Assembly (NCBI GenBank): GCA_021613535.1
Contig: CP075494.1
Span: 8,370,001 to 8,434,000 of the forward strand
Reading direction: 5' to 3'
DNA from: Adineta vaga
Taxonomy: Eukaryota > Animalia > Rotifera
DNA: 64,000 nucleotides
Positions within the stretch are counted from its first letter, which is position 1. Each line of letters opens with the position of its first letter. The notes below the pieces were generated by a model. The model was not told where the DNA came from, ran no database searches, and worked only from the letters and a program-made list of their open reading frames with translations. Positions 37,202 through 51,038 of this stretch are shown one piece after another. The position numbers were made by a program, and so were the translations under genes.

Positions 37202-37617
37202 TAATCATATAATATAAGCATCAACAATACTATTCTCTTTCTTTTGCAACAAAACCATACACGAAAATGTCAGTTCTATCAGACGACATCCGATGTCATA
37301 AATTACACAGTCCAATGACAATACTCCTCTCTCTCTCTCTCCCCCTCACTTTCATAAGTTATCAACGACAACGAAAATACTTTGCAGAAAAAAGTGAGAC
37401 GGTAGTAATTTCCTGTGCGAGATAATGTTTAACTTGAAAAAGTAATAATTATGGAAAAATAATTATGATGAAAAACGACAGGACACGATACATCTCGGTG
37501 TAACATAGCAGAAATAGATGCTTGAAAAACAAGTAAGCATTTGAAGTAACTAATTATATTTGTTAATCAACAGAGTTTTTCTCTTGTTCGACATAAAGAA
37601 AAAATTAACTCATTCAT
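37202..37617. repeat. Non-coding direct repeat, copy 1 (partner 42771-43202)
   Basis: Core 37248-37617 is nearly identical to 42834-43202 by direct reading. Confidence 0.92.
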
Positions 37618-38070
37618 GTAATTGAATGAGAACAAAGCAATATTATTTCTAGTCTTTTTGCATTCAAAATGCTACACAACAAGAGACTCATGAACAGTAA
37701 GTTTGATGATTTCACTCGTTGATTTTCGTCTTTATAAGAAAATAACTGAGAATAGAAACGTGCGACTACAAGAATGTTTTCTCTGATGCTTATATTCTCT
37801 TAATAGATCACTTTAGTACTAATGACGAGTTCGTTTTCATCACTATAAACATTATAAGTAACATCAAGAAAACTGCCTTCATATTTTTATTCATGTGATT
37901 AGAAAAGAACACTTCTAGCAGAAAGTAACCTATTGACTATTGTCCTGAATAAATTGTCAAAAACAAATCATGCAATAGTATTATCATCAATAAATATTGA
38001 ATGATATATTTTATTTATATAAGAAAAACTTAATAAAACACTTAAGAAAAACTAACGAGTATGTTTGTTT

Positions 38071-41000
38071 CTAAAAGACACCATTTCTTTCGCGATATTC
38101 GCGTGCTTGATCCTGTAATGCATATAATTGATTTTCATAACGTGCAAGTTGTTCAAATACTAAATTCGTTTGATCATCAGTTTCGACACTAAAATCGTAG
38201 GGACGGTCGGCAGCTGAAGCTGGTCGAAAGACAGCACGTCGTACAACTCGTTCACCATAAGAGACTGGTTCTTCTGGTAAAGTTTCGAATGATCTAGGAG
38301 TATTCAATAATGTGGATGGCGCCATTGGAGGTTCTAATATTGATTGAGCAGTACTAAGAGGCATATGCATAAGGTGTTGATTATCATTATTGACAGAAAA
38401 GGGTAATTGTTGAGAATAATTCGGTTCGGTATTCATTAAATTATCCATTTCGATTAAAAACTGACTGTATATACCCATTGGTAAAGTCAAACCACGATAT
38501 CGACTACGTAGTTCTTCGTTTAGTTGTCCAAACAAACGAGAAGGTTTTGACTGACACATTTGAAAGAATCCCAATAAACCTCGACCAGTCATTGAATCAC
38601 ATAATGGCATCATTAGAACCAAATTATGATCATACAGAAAATCTATGATATCTTTTTTCTTCCAAACATTGATTGGTATTGAACGATAAGTTGCATCACT
38701 CGTATCACGTTTAGTATATTCTTGAGGAAAATATTTCTGATAATTTTCATTTAGTGGTAAAGGCGTTGTAGATACAGGAGTCGTGCGAGGTATTGGGGTT
38801 ATGACAGACACCGGAGTCATGATAGATACAGGCGTTCCACTAGATACAGGAGTTATACCTGACGGTGTTGGTATAGAATTAGGTCGTGAGCCATTTTGTT
38901 GTTGCTGTTTATCGCTGCTAATAGACACACGTCCAGATGCTGTTGGTGTTGGCGTCGCAATAATGCGTGCAAATGTATGGTCTCTGTCGCCATTTAAAAT
39001 ACTATTCGGTGTCGGTGTCATTATTTTAATTTTTGAAGATTTGTTTCTACAATGTTGACTGATTTCTTTCATCAGTATTTCATTACTTCGTTTCAAATCA
39101 TTGACGTCAAACTGAATCAATGCACTTTTGTCAATCATCGACATCAACCAACTATTCATCTCATATCCTCGTTCAACAATCAATGGAATAATGATTCGTT
39201 TAGAATTAGATGCATATACACTTTCACATACACATTGATTATCTCGTTCATACCATTTCGATAAACAAACTATCACCACTGTTGATTTGTTCATTGCTTC
39301 GCCTATATTTTTCATATCTACAACAAAAACAGCAACAACAACATATTTCTATTCCATTCTCTCATCTACTCACTTTGTCGTTGAAGAATGTCACGATCAA
39401 TCCAAACTGTGTAACCTTCATTTGTCAATGTTTCTTTCACTTTACTAACAATATCTTTATCTTTCACTGAATATGATATCAGTAATCATATTCGTGCTTT
39501 TCATCTATTGTTTTCGGTGTGTTCACACGAAATTGAGATTCTACAAAGCATAAATGATGAATCGTATGCAGAGAATACATGTGTGATTGACTTACCTTTG
39601 AAAAGAGTCCAGAGAAGACCATTTGCCATTTTATAGATGAGATCATCTTCCGAAAGATCACTTGATTTGGGTATGCTTTGTAGTGAGTGAATAAATTGTG
39701 AGTTGTCACGAAGTTGTTGAGATAGCTGTTGATCAAATGCTAATGTCCAGAGAGTTTCTAAGATGAATTGTTTGGCTAGACCAGTTAGTTTGTGTGAAGA
39801 TTCGATGAGAAAAGGTAATGCATTTTGTTTGATGATTTCATGTTTGACGTGTTCATGTCGAACGAGACCTATTGATTATATGTTAGAAGAAGAGGAAATG
39901 GTAATGACAATGAGAGATGTATGTGAAATTACCTGTTAATGTTTCTGTAAGTTGTAGAATATTTCGATTGATATATTCTGAATTGTTTTCCGACTCATCA
40001 TTTGCTTCATCAGTAGATTGAACTGCTTTATACATCAAATTGAGTACAGTGCAAGTGAGCCGAGGAAAATAACTCTGTGGTTGTCGAAGATCATTTGTGT
40101 CTATCACATAAGCAAGCAGAACATAAGCTTTAAAAACAATATTTTGTTTTGGTATGAAAATAAGTCTTTCAAAAATTCTCGTTGGTTGAGACTTTTTGAT
40201 GATATCTCGTGCTTTTTCTTCGCTGATTAATACTTCACATAGATCGAGCGTTGCATAAATTAGTAAAGAGTCAAAGTCAGTGGTTCTTTCTGTGATATTT
40301 TTAATTAATGTGGGTTCCACAAGTATTCTTAAAAGATGGTTAATTAGAGTTTGCAATAATTCATCCTTTAAATAGGATGTAAAATAGTTTTCAGCATACA
40401 CAAGAATTGTAAAAAGATGATATATAGCACGTTTTGTTGAACGATGCCAACCTGTGATTGTTTTCATGTGTATATTAAGTATGGACACATAACGTGGTAA
40501 CATTACTTGAAGAACTTGTTCAACAGTTTTGGCCATATGTGGACCATTGTATGTTGCAAGAAATCGAGGACATTTTGTAAGAAATAATTTTTCAATTGGG
40601 TTTGTGCTTTCCGAAGATGGTTTTAATTGACTAAAAATTTGAACATACGTTGATGATGTAAGACATCTGATTACTGATTCAAGTAAACGAGCAAATAGAC
40701 TATTATGTTCATCAGGAGGTAAACGTGCTTGAATATCATTAAATATATCTAATAAACGTGTTATTTGTTTGATGAAACGACGACTATCATTGATCTTTGC
40801 TATTCTTTCTATGTGATTTAAACAATTTGCTATTGTATCAATAAATGCTAAATTAGTTATCCAATGTAGAAGTTTAGAAACATCCTTTGTATTTTCAACT
40901 AAAAATTCAAGTAATAGAACACAGTTTCGTAGAACATACGTTGCTAATTGATTCAATTGATATTTTATTAAAAGTTGTTGAAGAAGAACTTGTATTGTAT

Positions 41001-41268
41001 TACGTATGAGAACAAAAAAGTAGTGTGAACCAAGTGATATTAATGCAGGTGGTAAAGTGAATCTTAATGTAAGAAGTACTGCATTTAGAGAATTAAGATA
41101 GGATGGAGAAGCTAAAACATTCGATTTCAATTCACGAACAATATCATCGAGTATTTTTGAAAGATTTTGTGCATCAAGAGAGTTCGCTTTATTTCGTATC
41201 GTTGAACAATGAGCAGTAATAATCTGAAAAGATGTTGGCTGCCGGTTCAAAACTGTTGGCTTTCTCAT
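38071..41268 (-). CDS. ARM-like helical region + TIR + SAM protein, copy 2; intact; 3 introns
   Basis: Same domain order as copy 1, continuous TIR-linker-SAM ORF 39315-38071, TP-rich repeat linker; first ATG at 41268. Confidence 0.87.
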
Positions 41269-42770
41269 ATTGTTTTGTAATATTGTCAATAGATAAGAAA
41301 GGAAGATCCGCTACTTTATATAATGACTTGTATTTATATTTTTCTAAAATGAATGGTGACGTCGCCTTGAAATACAATAACCTTGAGCTGTTGAGAAAAA
41401 AAGTAAATCTATTGGTTTCATCAAGCGTAACATGATTGATTCAATTTATTATAATTTATGTATAAATAAATAAATCGTTTTTATATCAGATAATAATTTA
41501 TGATTGTGTGGCATTAATTAACTTTTGACTTTCTGTCGACTTATACAATATTTCGGAAGCACAAGTTTCTGTTTGTATGTAATATTAATTACGAAAACAT
41601 AAACATTGAATTTGGGGTATGGCGTGTGTTTTTCTCTTGTTTTGTATTGTATACATAAATAAAAAAATATTATGACAATGAATGACATGTTTATGTTTCT
41701 TTCTCTCGACTTGTTCATTTTTTCGTTTCTTGACGTTGAAATATTTGTACTTCTCGTATGATATACCCTATGTAGTGCATAGGATGAAGAGAAAAAGACA
41801 GAAACCGTTCTTGATTTTGATATGATATAATAGAAGTGTCGTCAATCTATTGCATTTCTATACATTTCATATGCTGACAATGCATTAAGCGTTTGTATGA
41901 TCAGATAAAAGAGAATAACAAAAAGATTATAATAGCCAGATATAAATAAATTACTCATATTAAGCATATGAGTAAATGCTTATTAAATGTATGGTTTAAA
42001 GTATTGAAGATCGTATATTGCTAGAATACAATGTGACAAATTCTTGTCTTCTATTAATTTTAAGGATGATCAAGAGCAATTATAATTTTGGTTGAAAAAT
42101 TCATATATCTTGGAATGCTTTAGTTAGTTCTATCTCTATTAAAATTCTTTCTCAAGGACATATGAAGTCCTTCAAATAGACAATAACCTTCATTGTATTG
42201 TTTTCATATCATCATCTCAATCTCACACGTATTTTCATTATAATAAATAACACTATAGACGTACCATTGTTTACTTCTATATCATTTATAGAGTTCATTT
42301 TATTTACAGATTTATTATTGTGTGATATTATAGACAATAGATGTCTTCTAGTATTAATCAGCTGAATTCTCATTACATTTCATCTTTTTTTCCTTCCTTT
42401 TCTTTTCTTTTGTATTCATTCTTATTGTTATTCTATCATACGAACCAAAATTCGATCATGCAGTCAATTTTTGTGACATCAAATGTCACTTCTTATCGTT
42501 CATCATTTTTCCAACTATGTCATCAGTCATTTTGTCAAGCTCATTTTAGACATAGATAAGAACTGAATCTATTTGAGGAATACATTTCGTGAGTACCTAT
42601 TCACTATCTCTATCTAGCATGATCTCAGAAGTACTGAAATAAAACTATGGTATCGGTGTGAACTTTCTCAGTTGTCTCTTGTTGTTGTTTCTCTCTTCTT
42701 TTTCTTTTATCATATAATATATTTTAATAATCATGTCTAACAACAAAAGTACTTTTTTTTCTACCCATAG

Positions 42771-43202
42771 TAATCATATCATATAAGCATCAACATTACT
42801 TCTCTTAGTTATATTTAAATTTATTTTCTTTGTAACAAAACCATACACGAAAATGTCAGTTCTATCAGACGACATCCGATGTCATAAATTACACAGTCCA
42901 ATGACAATACTCCTCTCTCTCTCTCTCCCCTCACTTTCATAAGTTATCGACGACAACGAAAATACTTTGCAGAAAAAAGTGAGACGATAGTAATTTCCTG
43001 TGCGAGATAATGTTTAACTTGAAAAAGTAATAATTATGGAAAAATAATTATGATGAAAAACGACAGGACACGATACATCTCGGTGTAACATAGCAGAAAT
43101 AGATGCTTGAAAAAAAAGTAAGCATTTGAAGTAACTAATTATATTTGTTAATCAACAGAGTTTTTCTCTTGTTCGACATAAAGAAAAAATTAACTCATTC
43201 AT
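42771..43202. repeat. Non-coding direct repeat, copy 2 (partner 37202-37617)
   Basis: Near identity with the 37248-37617 core. Confidence 0.92.
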
Positions 43203-45791
43203 ATAATTATCAAAATCAAAAATACATACACATAAAATATGGTTTCAGTGTAGTCTGTTTATATTACCAGGGAAATGAAAAGATAATGAATGTCAGATTG
43301 AATAGTTCTATATCTGGTGTTCTTTTGAAAAAGTAAAGCAGTGAATAGGATACTAATAAACAGGATGATTATGACATATAGGGAATAGAAGAAACGTCAG
43401 GAAACGATGCTTTATCCATTGAATATTCTCGCCTACGAAAGATAGAATTACGTCGTTCGAAAACATTCTTTATAGATATAATTCAGTTTAACTACTAAAA
43501 ACATGCCTACCTAAAGTGTGTACTTGAATATTTTGATTAGTTATTATCTGTTCAATGACAATCATTATGTATCTTTTCCGCGTAATGTTAACTAATTTAA
43601 GAATGATATTTATTTTCTCAATATATGTTTCAGTTCATTTTCTAAGTATTATATTTAATGCATAAAAGCAGTCGTTTCAAGTACTATCATTAAATTTTAA
43701 AAAGAGCAGAGAGAGAATGAAATATATTGTACACCAGTATCCAGATACATCTATGTCATTTTCAGTAAGTTTTCTATGATAAAATCCACTATTCTGTATG
43801 AGTTTTAGTAAACAATCAATTGTTTTTCATGATAACTAATCAGAATTATACTTTCTTAGTCATTTGACATCACATGATATTAGTTTAACGCTTTCTACAC
43901 TCTGAGTTTCACTTTGAAGAGGATTTAAAGAACTTAATAAGATGGCTTGAATACAGCACATTTTCTCTGGGAAAAACGATTCGCGTTGTCTAAGAAATTG
44001 TTTATATACTTCTATAGAACGAGTCGTAATTCAAGTAATGATTTAATAGCTGTTCCTTATTTCTTATTATAGAATCATTTTTTGACATTATTATACTTAG
44101 TTTAAAATTTCTTAATATAGTGTTGCATTGCCTGAGGGAAAATATATCGAATAGTTTCATAGAAGATCTTCAAAGATCACAATTTCTTCAGAAGATAAAG
44201 AGCGTATCTAAGTATAGATAGTTCTCGTCACGTTAATTTTGAACACGTGTTGTTCTAATTAAAATAGTTCTTTTGTTTTTGTAAGATATTATGTTTCATA
44301 GTATTCATTGCTAATACTTCTGTTAACGCTGAAAGCTTTTCCTTTCAAGGGATGAAAAATTAAAAGGTTTTCAATCAGGATAAGTACTGACTTAAAATAA
44401 ATAGAGAGAAAATAGTTCCTGTGAGCGTCTTCATAGAAAAGAAGAAACAAAAACTTGAGATAAATAACATGTGAAACTGAATGACTGAAATATTCTTAGA
44501 AGGTAAGAAACATAAATTTCTGAACCATGACATTCTTAACAAAAGATATTTATTACAAATACTTTATTTAAATCAATGTCATCGGTGAAATAAATAGTAC
44601 TTACGTATGACTAACTAATTTATTGAGTTGCAATATTATCTAGAGAAACATTTCTTTTCTAAGTCATTCATTTTACTATCGATTTAAGATGATTGTAACA
44701 AGTACAGAGTTGACATCAACTCGATAATATAAATCAGCATCATTTTTGTTTATCATCGAGAATACATCTGATATTTATGAAAAATTTCTTATTATTTCGT
44801 TCTTTAATTTGCATCAGGTTATGTTGTGCTGCTAAATAAAGATAAGGAGAGCAAGTTCTTCTAGAACCGGAATAGTCTTGTTGACTTCTTTCGATTAGTA
44901 ATATTAGACTTGTCATCGCATGACAATGAGAAAGGAAATAGAATTTCAATAGAAACGACAATTTTATTAATCTTTTCAACTTCAAGAAGACTCGTATATC
45001 ACATGTTAAGTAACTACTCGACTTGTCTGTCAAATTAACTTGCAAATGTCATATGTTTTCCTACAAGTCGAAACTAATAATTGTTTATTATGTTGTGCTG
45101 TTCTTTTTTTTACAAAAATAACTAATAAATAATAATTGTTTCGATTAAATGTGACTAGCATATATATTTTAATTAATATTCTATGAAAAGCAAGATGATT
45201 ATGTTTCTATTTTCGTATAGAGTATTCATTTTTTTTCTTCTATATTTATTGATTTTTCTTTACTTATATAATAGTGTTCTTTTTTTTTCATCATCAACTT
45301 TAGTCATTATTAATAATCCTTCTTATCCGACATAGAAAAAAAATGTGAAAATCATTATTTATGATTAAGAGAGAAGTACAAGACTGACAAATTACCTACT
45401 TGAGAGCATACAATCAACCAGAAATAACTTCATCAATTTGATTCTTATTATTAAGAATTTTCTTTTCTTCAATATTAAATAACACATGTTCATCAGTTGT
45501 CATCATTTTTCATTTTATGATTGAATAATGAATAGTTAGATCGACGAATGTCTATTAAAAGATCTCAAAGATCAAGTTTCTTCGTTTGTTTATTTTTCTC
45601 TACATAGAATAACATAGTAGATAGTAACCAATGTCACGCATTCATTAAACAAGAAAAGGAAAAAGTTTCTTCTGATTGATTAGGTAAATAGATGTTAGCA
45701 GAAAGAACTAACTACTCGTCTTCTTCTTGTTTGATATATAACACGCATTATTCACCTGTTTTCTCTTACTAGAATCAAATCATAACTAACC

Positions 45792-47348
45792 ATGATGACG
45801 ACAACATCAATGGACGATAAATATTCTAATATTACACATAAACTTGTTCATGCTATTTTATCATTAACAGCTTCACAACGTCATGCAGATAGTTCACAAT
45901 CAATTTGTCATTATATTTATTGTCAATTTTCAATCAATGATCTCGAAGATCTAAGTGAAGCATGTCAAGTAAAAACAACAGAATTAACATTCTATGATTA
46001 TGGACAAAGAAAAGATAATCCATTTATGCTATCAATTGTTCATTTTATTCAACTATATATCTATCCAATATTTATCTTTACAGGTATTCTTGGAAATAGT
46101 TTATCATGTTATATTATGTTTCGGAATGTTCGTCGAAATGGTTATTCAGCAAATCTTTATCTAGCATTATTAGCATTTGTTGATTGTTTATTTCTATTAG
46201 GAAGTGCTATACCTGATTGGATCTCACATATTGATGGTTATTCACATATAAAATATCTTTCGGATTTATGTTGTCGTTTTGTTCATTGGTTCGGACATTT
46301 TACTACACATTTATCAGCTGGTCTTGTCGTTAGTGTAACTGTTGAACGTTTTATTGCTGTACGATATCCTTTACTTGCTCCAAAAATTAATACCGTATTT
46401 CATACACATATTGTTTTAATAGTACTCGTAACATTTCTTTTCCTATTGGATAGTCGTGTTTTTATTCTTGTCAAACAGTTTCATGAAAGTATGCATATCG
46501 TTTCAACATGTCAAAATGGAACTAAAATTCGCTATGACAGACCAAATATAATTCGCTGTGATATAGTCGATGACAAGAATGAATTAATATGGAGTTTTAT
46601 TGATTCCGCTGTTTACGCTCTAATACCTTTTCTAATTATTGTTACATTAAATTCTCTTATTATTCATCGATTAATTCATGCTCAACGTCTTCGACAAAGA
46701 ATGTCGTATAATAAAGGAAAATTTTCCAAATATGAATATGAACATATACATATGCATCGAACTGCTTCTGATTGTCATCCTGTCATTATAGAAGAACCTA
46801 CACATTTAAAACGTTCTCGATCAGTTCCAGCTAAACCACATAGTCCAATGCTATCTCGTGAACAGAATAGTAAGTTTCAATATTAATCTTATTTAATTTG
46901 ATTTTTTTAATTATATATAGATCAACATTCTTTTCATCTCAGTGTTAAACTTTCCGATCTTTCAACTGAAACATCATTAGAACTTAAACATCGTTCCGAT
47001 CATTCGAATGAAAATTCTCTCATGCGTCAAACAATAAATACAAATAATATGCGTCTAACTATTGTCTTACTCTTTGTATCATTTTCCTTTCTAGTATTAA
47101 CCTTACCGTCAGTTGTTTTCAATTTAATTGCTCTAAGAACATTTCAAACTCGAACACCAAAATCCAAAAATTTATCAACTTTAACATACTATAATTTACC
47201 TTTATATGCACAATTTTGTCATGCAATCATACGTTTATTTATGATTATGAATCATTCAATTAATTTTATACTTTATTTTGTTGTTGGCAAACGTTTTCGT
47301 CGTGATTTAAAACGACTCTGTTTTGGTTGTTATAAACATCCTCAATGA
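45792..47348 (+). CDS. Class A GPCR, peptide-receptor-like; intron approx. 46871-46920
   Basis: GILGNSLS, YLALLAFVD, VTVERFIAVRYPL, FLVLTLP, NHSINFILYFVVGKRFR. Confidence 0.9.
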
Positions 47349-48209
47349 AAAACATTTTGTGATATGATTCAATAAAGTCAAGATATTGTCGATGACATGT
47401 CATACATGTGCGACGCAAAAAGAAGAAGAAGACAGCATAAATTATTCTTGTATTTAGTACGATTTTGTTTTTGTTGCAAATAAAAATGTTTTAACTTAAA
47501 CTCAAGTTTGAACTCCTTAGAATCTGATATACATTACAATTATATCGAAGACTAACATGACCTATTAGTTCATTTGGTAAAAAAAATTTCATTCAAAAAA
47601 TACAATAATTACACTAATGTCAAACATGATTTGTAATGATTAACTAATGATAATAATATCCCATATATCTGCCATATAATCTCTCTTCTTCAAACTTGTT
47701 TTTTTCTCATTACAAATGTCAAAAGCTTTTGCTATTGAGTATTTCTTTTATTAGAAAATTTTTGACTAGCAATAACTGTCTGCTAACTCTATTCAAACAG
47801 ATTAGGCGAGTTTCTGCCGTAAGACTATATCGGATGTATTAAAATATTTGCTTGCGTCAGCAACCTACACATAATTGTAACCTTATATATTAAAATATTC
47901 AATCTGCTTTGTTTTCGAGATTGACTGAACGATTATTCTTATGATCAGCCTAAAGGTAAAATTATAAATGTCTATGGCGTCGTTGTTTTAGTATTTATAA
48001 CAACAATTGAGGCCTTGAAAAGTAAATTAATTTATTTGATTTGAAAGAACAAGCTAAATGACGGACATCTGTCACTGCAATCAATTATTGGTTAATATAT
48101 TTCACTTATTATACTGTACGTACAGAAACGTGTTTTATAAGAAAATTTTCTATTCTACTGAGAAAAAAAGTGAAAAACTGATCATTGATTGATAAAAGTG
48201 TGTTTTCAT

Positions 48210-48816
48210 ATGGCATCGAAAACTAAAAAGACAAAAGAACCATCAGCATCAGCTGCTGTAAGTTGTATAAATAGGATTATTCGATTTTATCAGTTAATAT
48301 AGGCATTACCCATTGTTACTGATCCAGAAATGGCTGAACGTTTCGAACGAGAATTAACTTGGTGTGTTGGTCAATTAGAATGTATGTTAAAATCACCATC
48401 TATGAAAGATAAAGAACCTCGTAAGTTTTTCTCAGTATTTCGTAGGAATATTCGAATAAAAATAAAACTTTGTCATTTCTAGCTCGATCAGCTTTACAAG
48501 TATTAACAAATCCCAAAACAGCTTTCGTTCGTAAACGACAAATGATGCAACAATTATTCGGTGATTATCGTCAAAAGATGCATGATGAAGATGTTGCACG
48601 ACAAAAACGTATATTTCTTCTTATAGAAATCTAATATACAGAGACTTATCTACTTTTTCTCTAGGTCACAATCAAATACGGGCCAGTACTAATAGTGAAA
48701 TTCCATTAGCTTCACGATTTGTTCGTCGTACCAATCAGACTAATGATTCAACAACAAAAGACAATACATTTTCGTTTAATTTTGATATTCCATTAACAGA
48801 TATGGATAAAAACTGA
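48210..48816 (+). CDS. C8orf33: UPF0488/C8orf33 homolog (4 exons)
   Basis: Spliced product contains FERELTWCVGQLE, RKRQMMQQLFGDYRQKM and FSFNF, the conserved blocks of this family. Absent from the ORF track. Confidence 0.82.
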
Positions 48817-48841
48817 TCTTGATGATTTGTCTATTCTAGAT

Positions 48842-49889
48842 ATGTCTATTGAACAAACTTTATTTCTTAATATTCTCGATCAAATCGTCTTATTAGATGA
48901 TACTTTTACAACAAATGGTGAATAAATAAGATAATTTCATGAAACTATTTCATTTCGAAAAACAATCTTCTAGATTTAAATGCCATACGAACATTTAAAT
49001 CAACAATAGCATCATCACATTCGTCTATCCATACGTCTTTACAAGTAGGTGAATACAATTGAAATGATACTTTCACTTTTATGTATATCTACTACCATCT
49101 CTATTCTTTAGATTTTACCTGTCTCAGTTCAACGGCAAGTAAACGAATATTTAACTGAAATTCTTGGACAGCTTATTCTTTGTACAGGTTTGTTTGATTT
49201 CCTATGAATGAATCGAATTGATTTGATTGATATTTTTCAAAACAGGTGTCAATGCAAAATCTCAATTACCGAGTGCAATATCTCATTTAATCAAACGAAC
49301 AATTTCAAATCGAAAAGAAATAACATTAAAAAACATACAGTTTACTAAACAAATCAATGGAATCAATGATCTCTATTCGAAATTAAATCATCAAATTCAA
49401 AATGTGTGTATTGAACAATTAAAAATGATTAAAGCAAATGATTTAAATACGAATCAAATCGATAAACTTCGAGAACAATATCAATTATTACTTAAACAAA
49501 TTCAGTAATTATGATTTATTTTTACTTTTGACAAAAAGAAACTATAATATCTATTCAATATTTATAGATTACGTCGATGTGAATTCATTCGAGATATTTA
49601 CACAATGGAAAATATTGAACTTTTACAAAATAAAAAGTTAGAAGAGAGACCATTGGAAATGTTTAATAAATTTGAAATCTTTTATATTTATAGATTAGAT
49701 TATGAAGAGAAACAACATCATTATGATGAACAAATCAAATATTTCAAAAAAATTGAAATGAGTATTGGTAATGAAGGTGTACATTATCAACAATTAATCA
49801 AACGTTATTATGAATTAGGTGATGAATTAATAAATGCAAAGAATGCTCTTAAACGACTCAAACAACAGAAAGAAAATGCTTTGATTTAA
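48842..49889 (+). CDS. Coiled-coil protein, HAUS4 (augmin subunit 4)-like; 6 exons
   Basis: Phase-consistent introns. C-terminus RDIYTMENIELL...GVHYQQLIKRYYEL...AKNALKRL resembles the HAUS4 DTYTxE...LGEEF..LVKEY...WAL pattern (from memory). Confidence 0.55.
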
Positions 49890-50315
49890 AACAAAACAAA
49901 AATAGTCTTTTCATCGATAATCTATCAGAATAGAATTTCTTTTTTTTTTCTTCTCTTGTCAGATATTAATAAATGGTAATCATTGTATAGATCCATAACT
50001 AGACTTGTTCACATCTGAAGATAACATGAGGTTAAAAGACCTCGTCTGTCAATATCACATGATGCTGTTTTCGGTGTGTAACTGATAAGACAAGTTTTGT
50101 TTTTCTTCTATCATGTCAACTTACCTGTTCGAATGTTACAAAAAAAACGAACCTAACATAATGACGAAAGAATTTCAAAAGATGATGATGAATAATTTTT
50201 TTCCAAAATGATTCTTTCCTTCTAGAAGATAACTCGAAAAGTGTCATATGATGAAAAAGCCTTTCTCTTCTTTTTCTTTCTGAGCAAATAGATTGTTTGT
50301 AATGCAACACAAGGT

Positions 50316-50672
50316 ATGACTAGTGACAATATATTTAATAATGTGACAAGTACAATAACGGATGGATATAGTACGATTACAACTCACATAGACAATAATG
50401 TGGATTTAAAAACTATTCTATCTTATGCAATACCATTGTCAAGTTTAATCATCATCTTTGTTTTGATGATTGTATTTGGTATTCGTCAACGTCATCGTGT
50501 ATTGGATAAATGGATATCATTAAAACGGATGAGAAATACAAATCCACGATTTCTGACAAGTGTTGGTTTACGACGTGATTCAGAATTTGAATCCCATGAT
50601 GATCACGAACGTGTTATTTCAACTTTGGAAAGTTCAGATAATTCAAATTTTCTATTAACAACAATTGCTTAA
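50316..50672 (+). CDS. Small single-pass membrane protein, function unknown
   Basis: Ser/Thr-rich N-terminus with an NVT sequon, one TM (YAIPLSSLIIIFVLMIVFGI), basic stop-transfer; AATAAA near 50728. Confidence 0.7.
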   Translation: MTSDNIFNNVTSTITDGYSTITTHIDNNVDLKTILSYAIPLSSLIIIFVLMIVFGIRQRHRVLDKWISLKRMRNTNPRFLTSVGLRRDSEFESHDDHERVISTLESSDNSNFLLTTIA

Positions 50673-51038
50673 TTCCAAGAAATTAATAATGATAATCTCT
50701 ATGTATTTGTTATCGGTGACATATTCAATAAATGAATTCTTTCTAAAACATGTTTTTCCTCTATTGAGCGCGAGATATACTATCCTTGAACTTTGACCCT
50801 CACAATATGAGAAGAAAGATCGAAATCAAGGATATCTATACACAATGATCAATGATATTTTCTTTTGATAACGTCATAATACTTTCTTTTGAAGACCTTG
50901 CCTACCTACACATTTGAAATGATGTCATTGTATATAATGAGTTTAACCACGTTCTTGCGTGTTGAGGCGTATCCATCTATTGATATACATATATGCTTGA
51001 GATGTGAGATATCAATGTTAATACAAATCTTTTCCAAT

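Noticed and set aside
50773-50835. Short inverted repeat TATCCTTGA...TCAAGGATA as a MITE or pre-miRNA
   Set aside because: Stem too short and imperfect, no TSD; not supportable.
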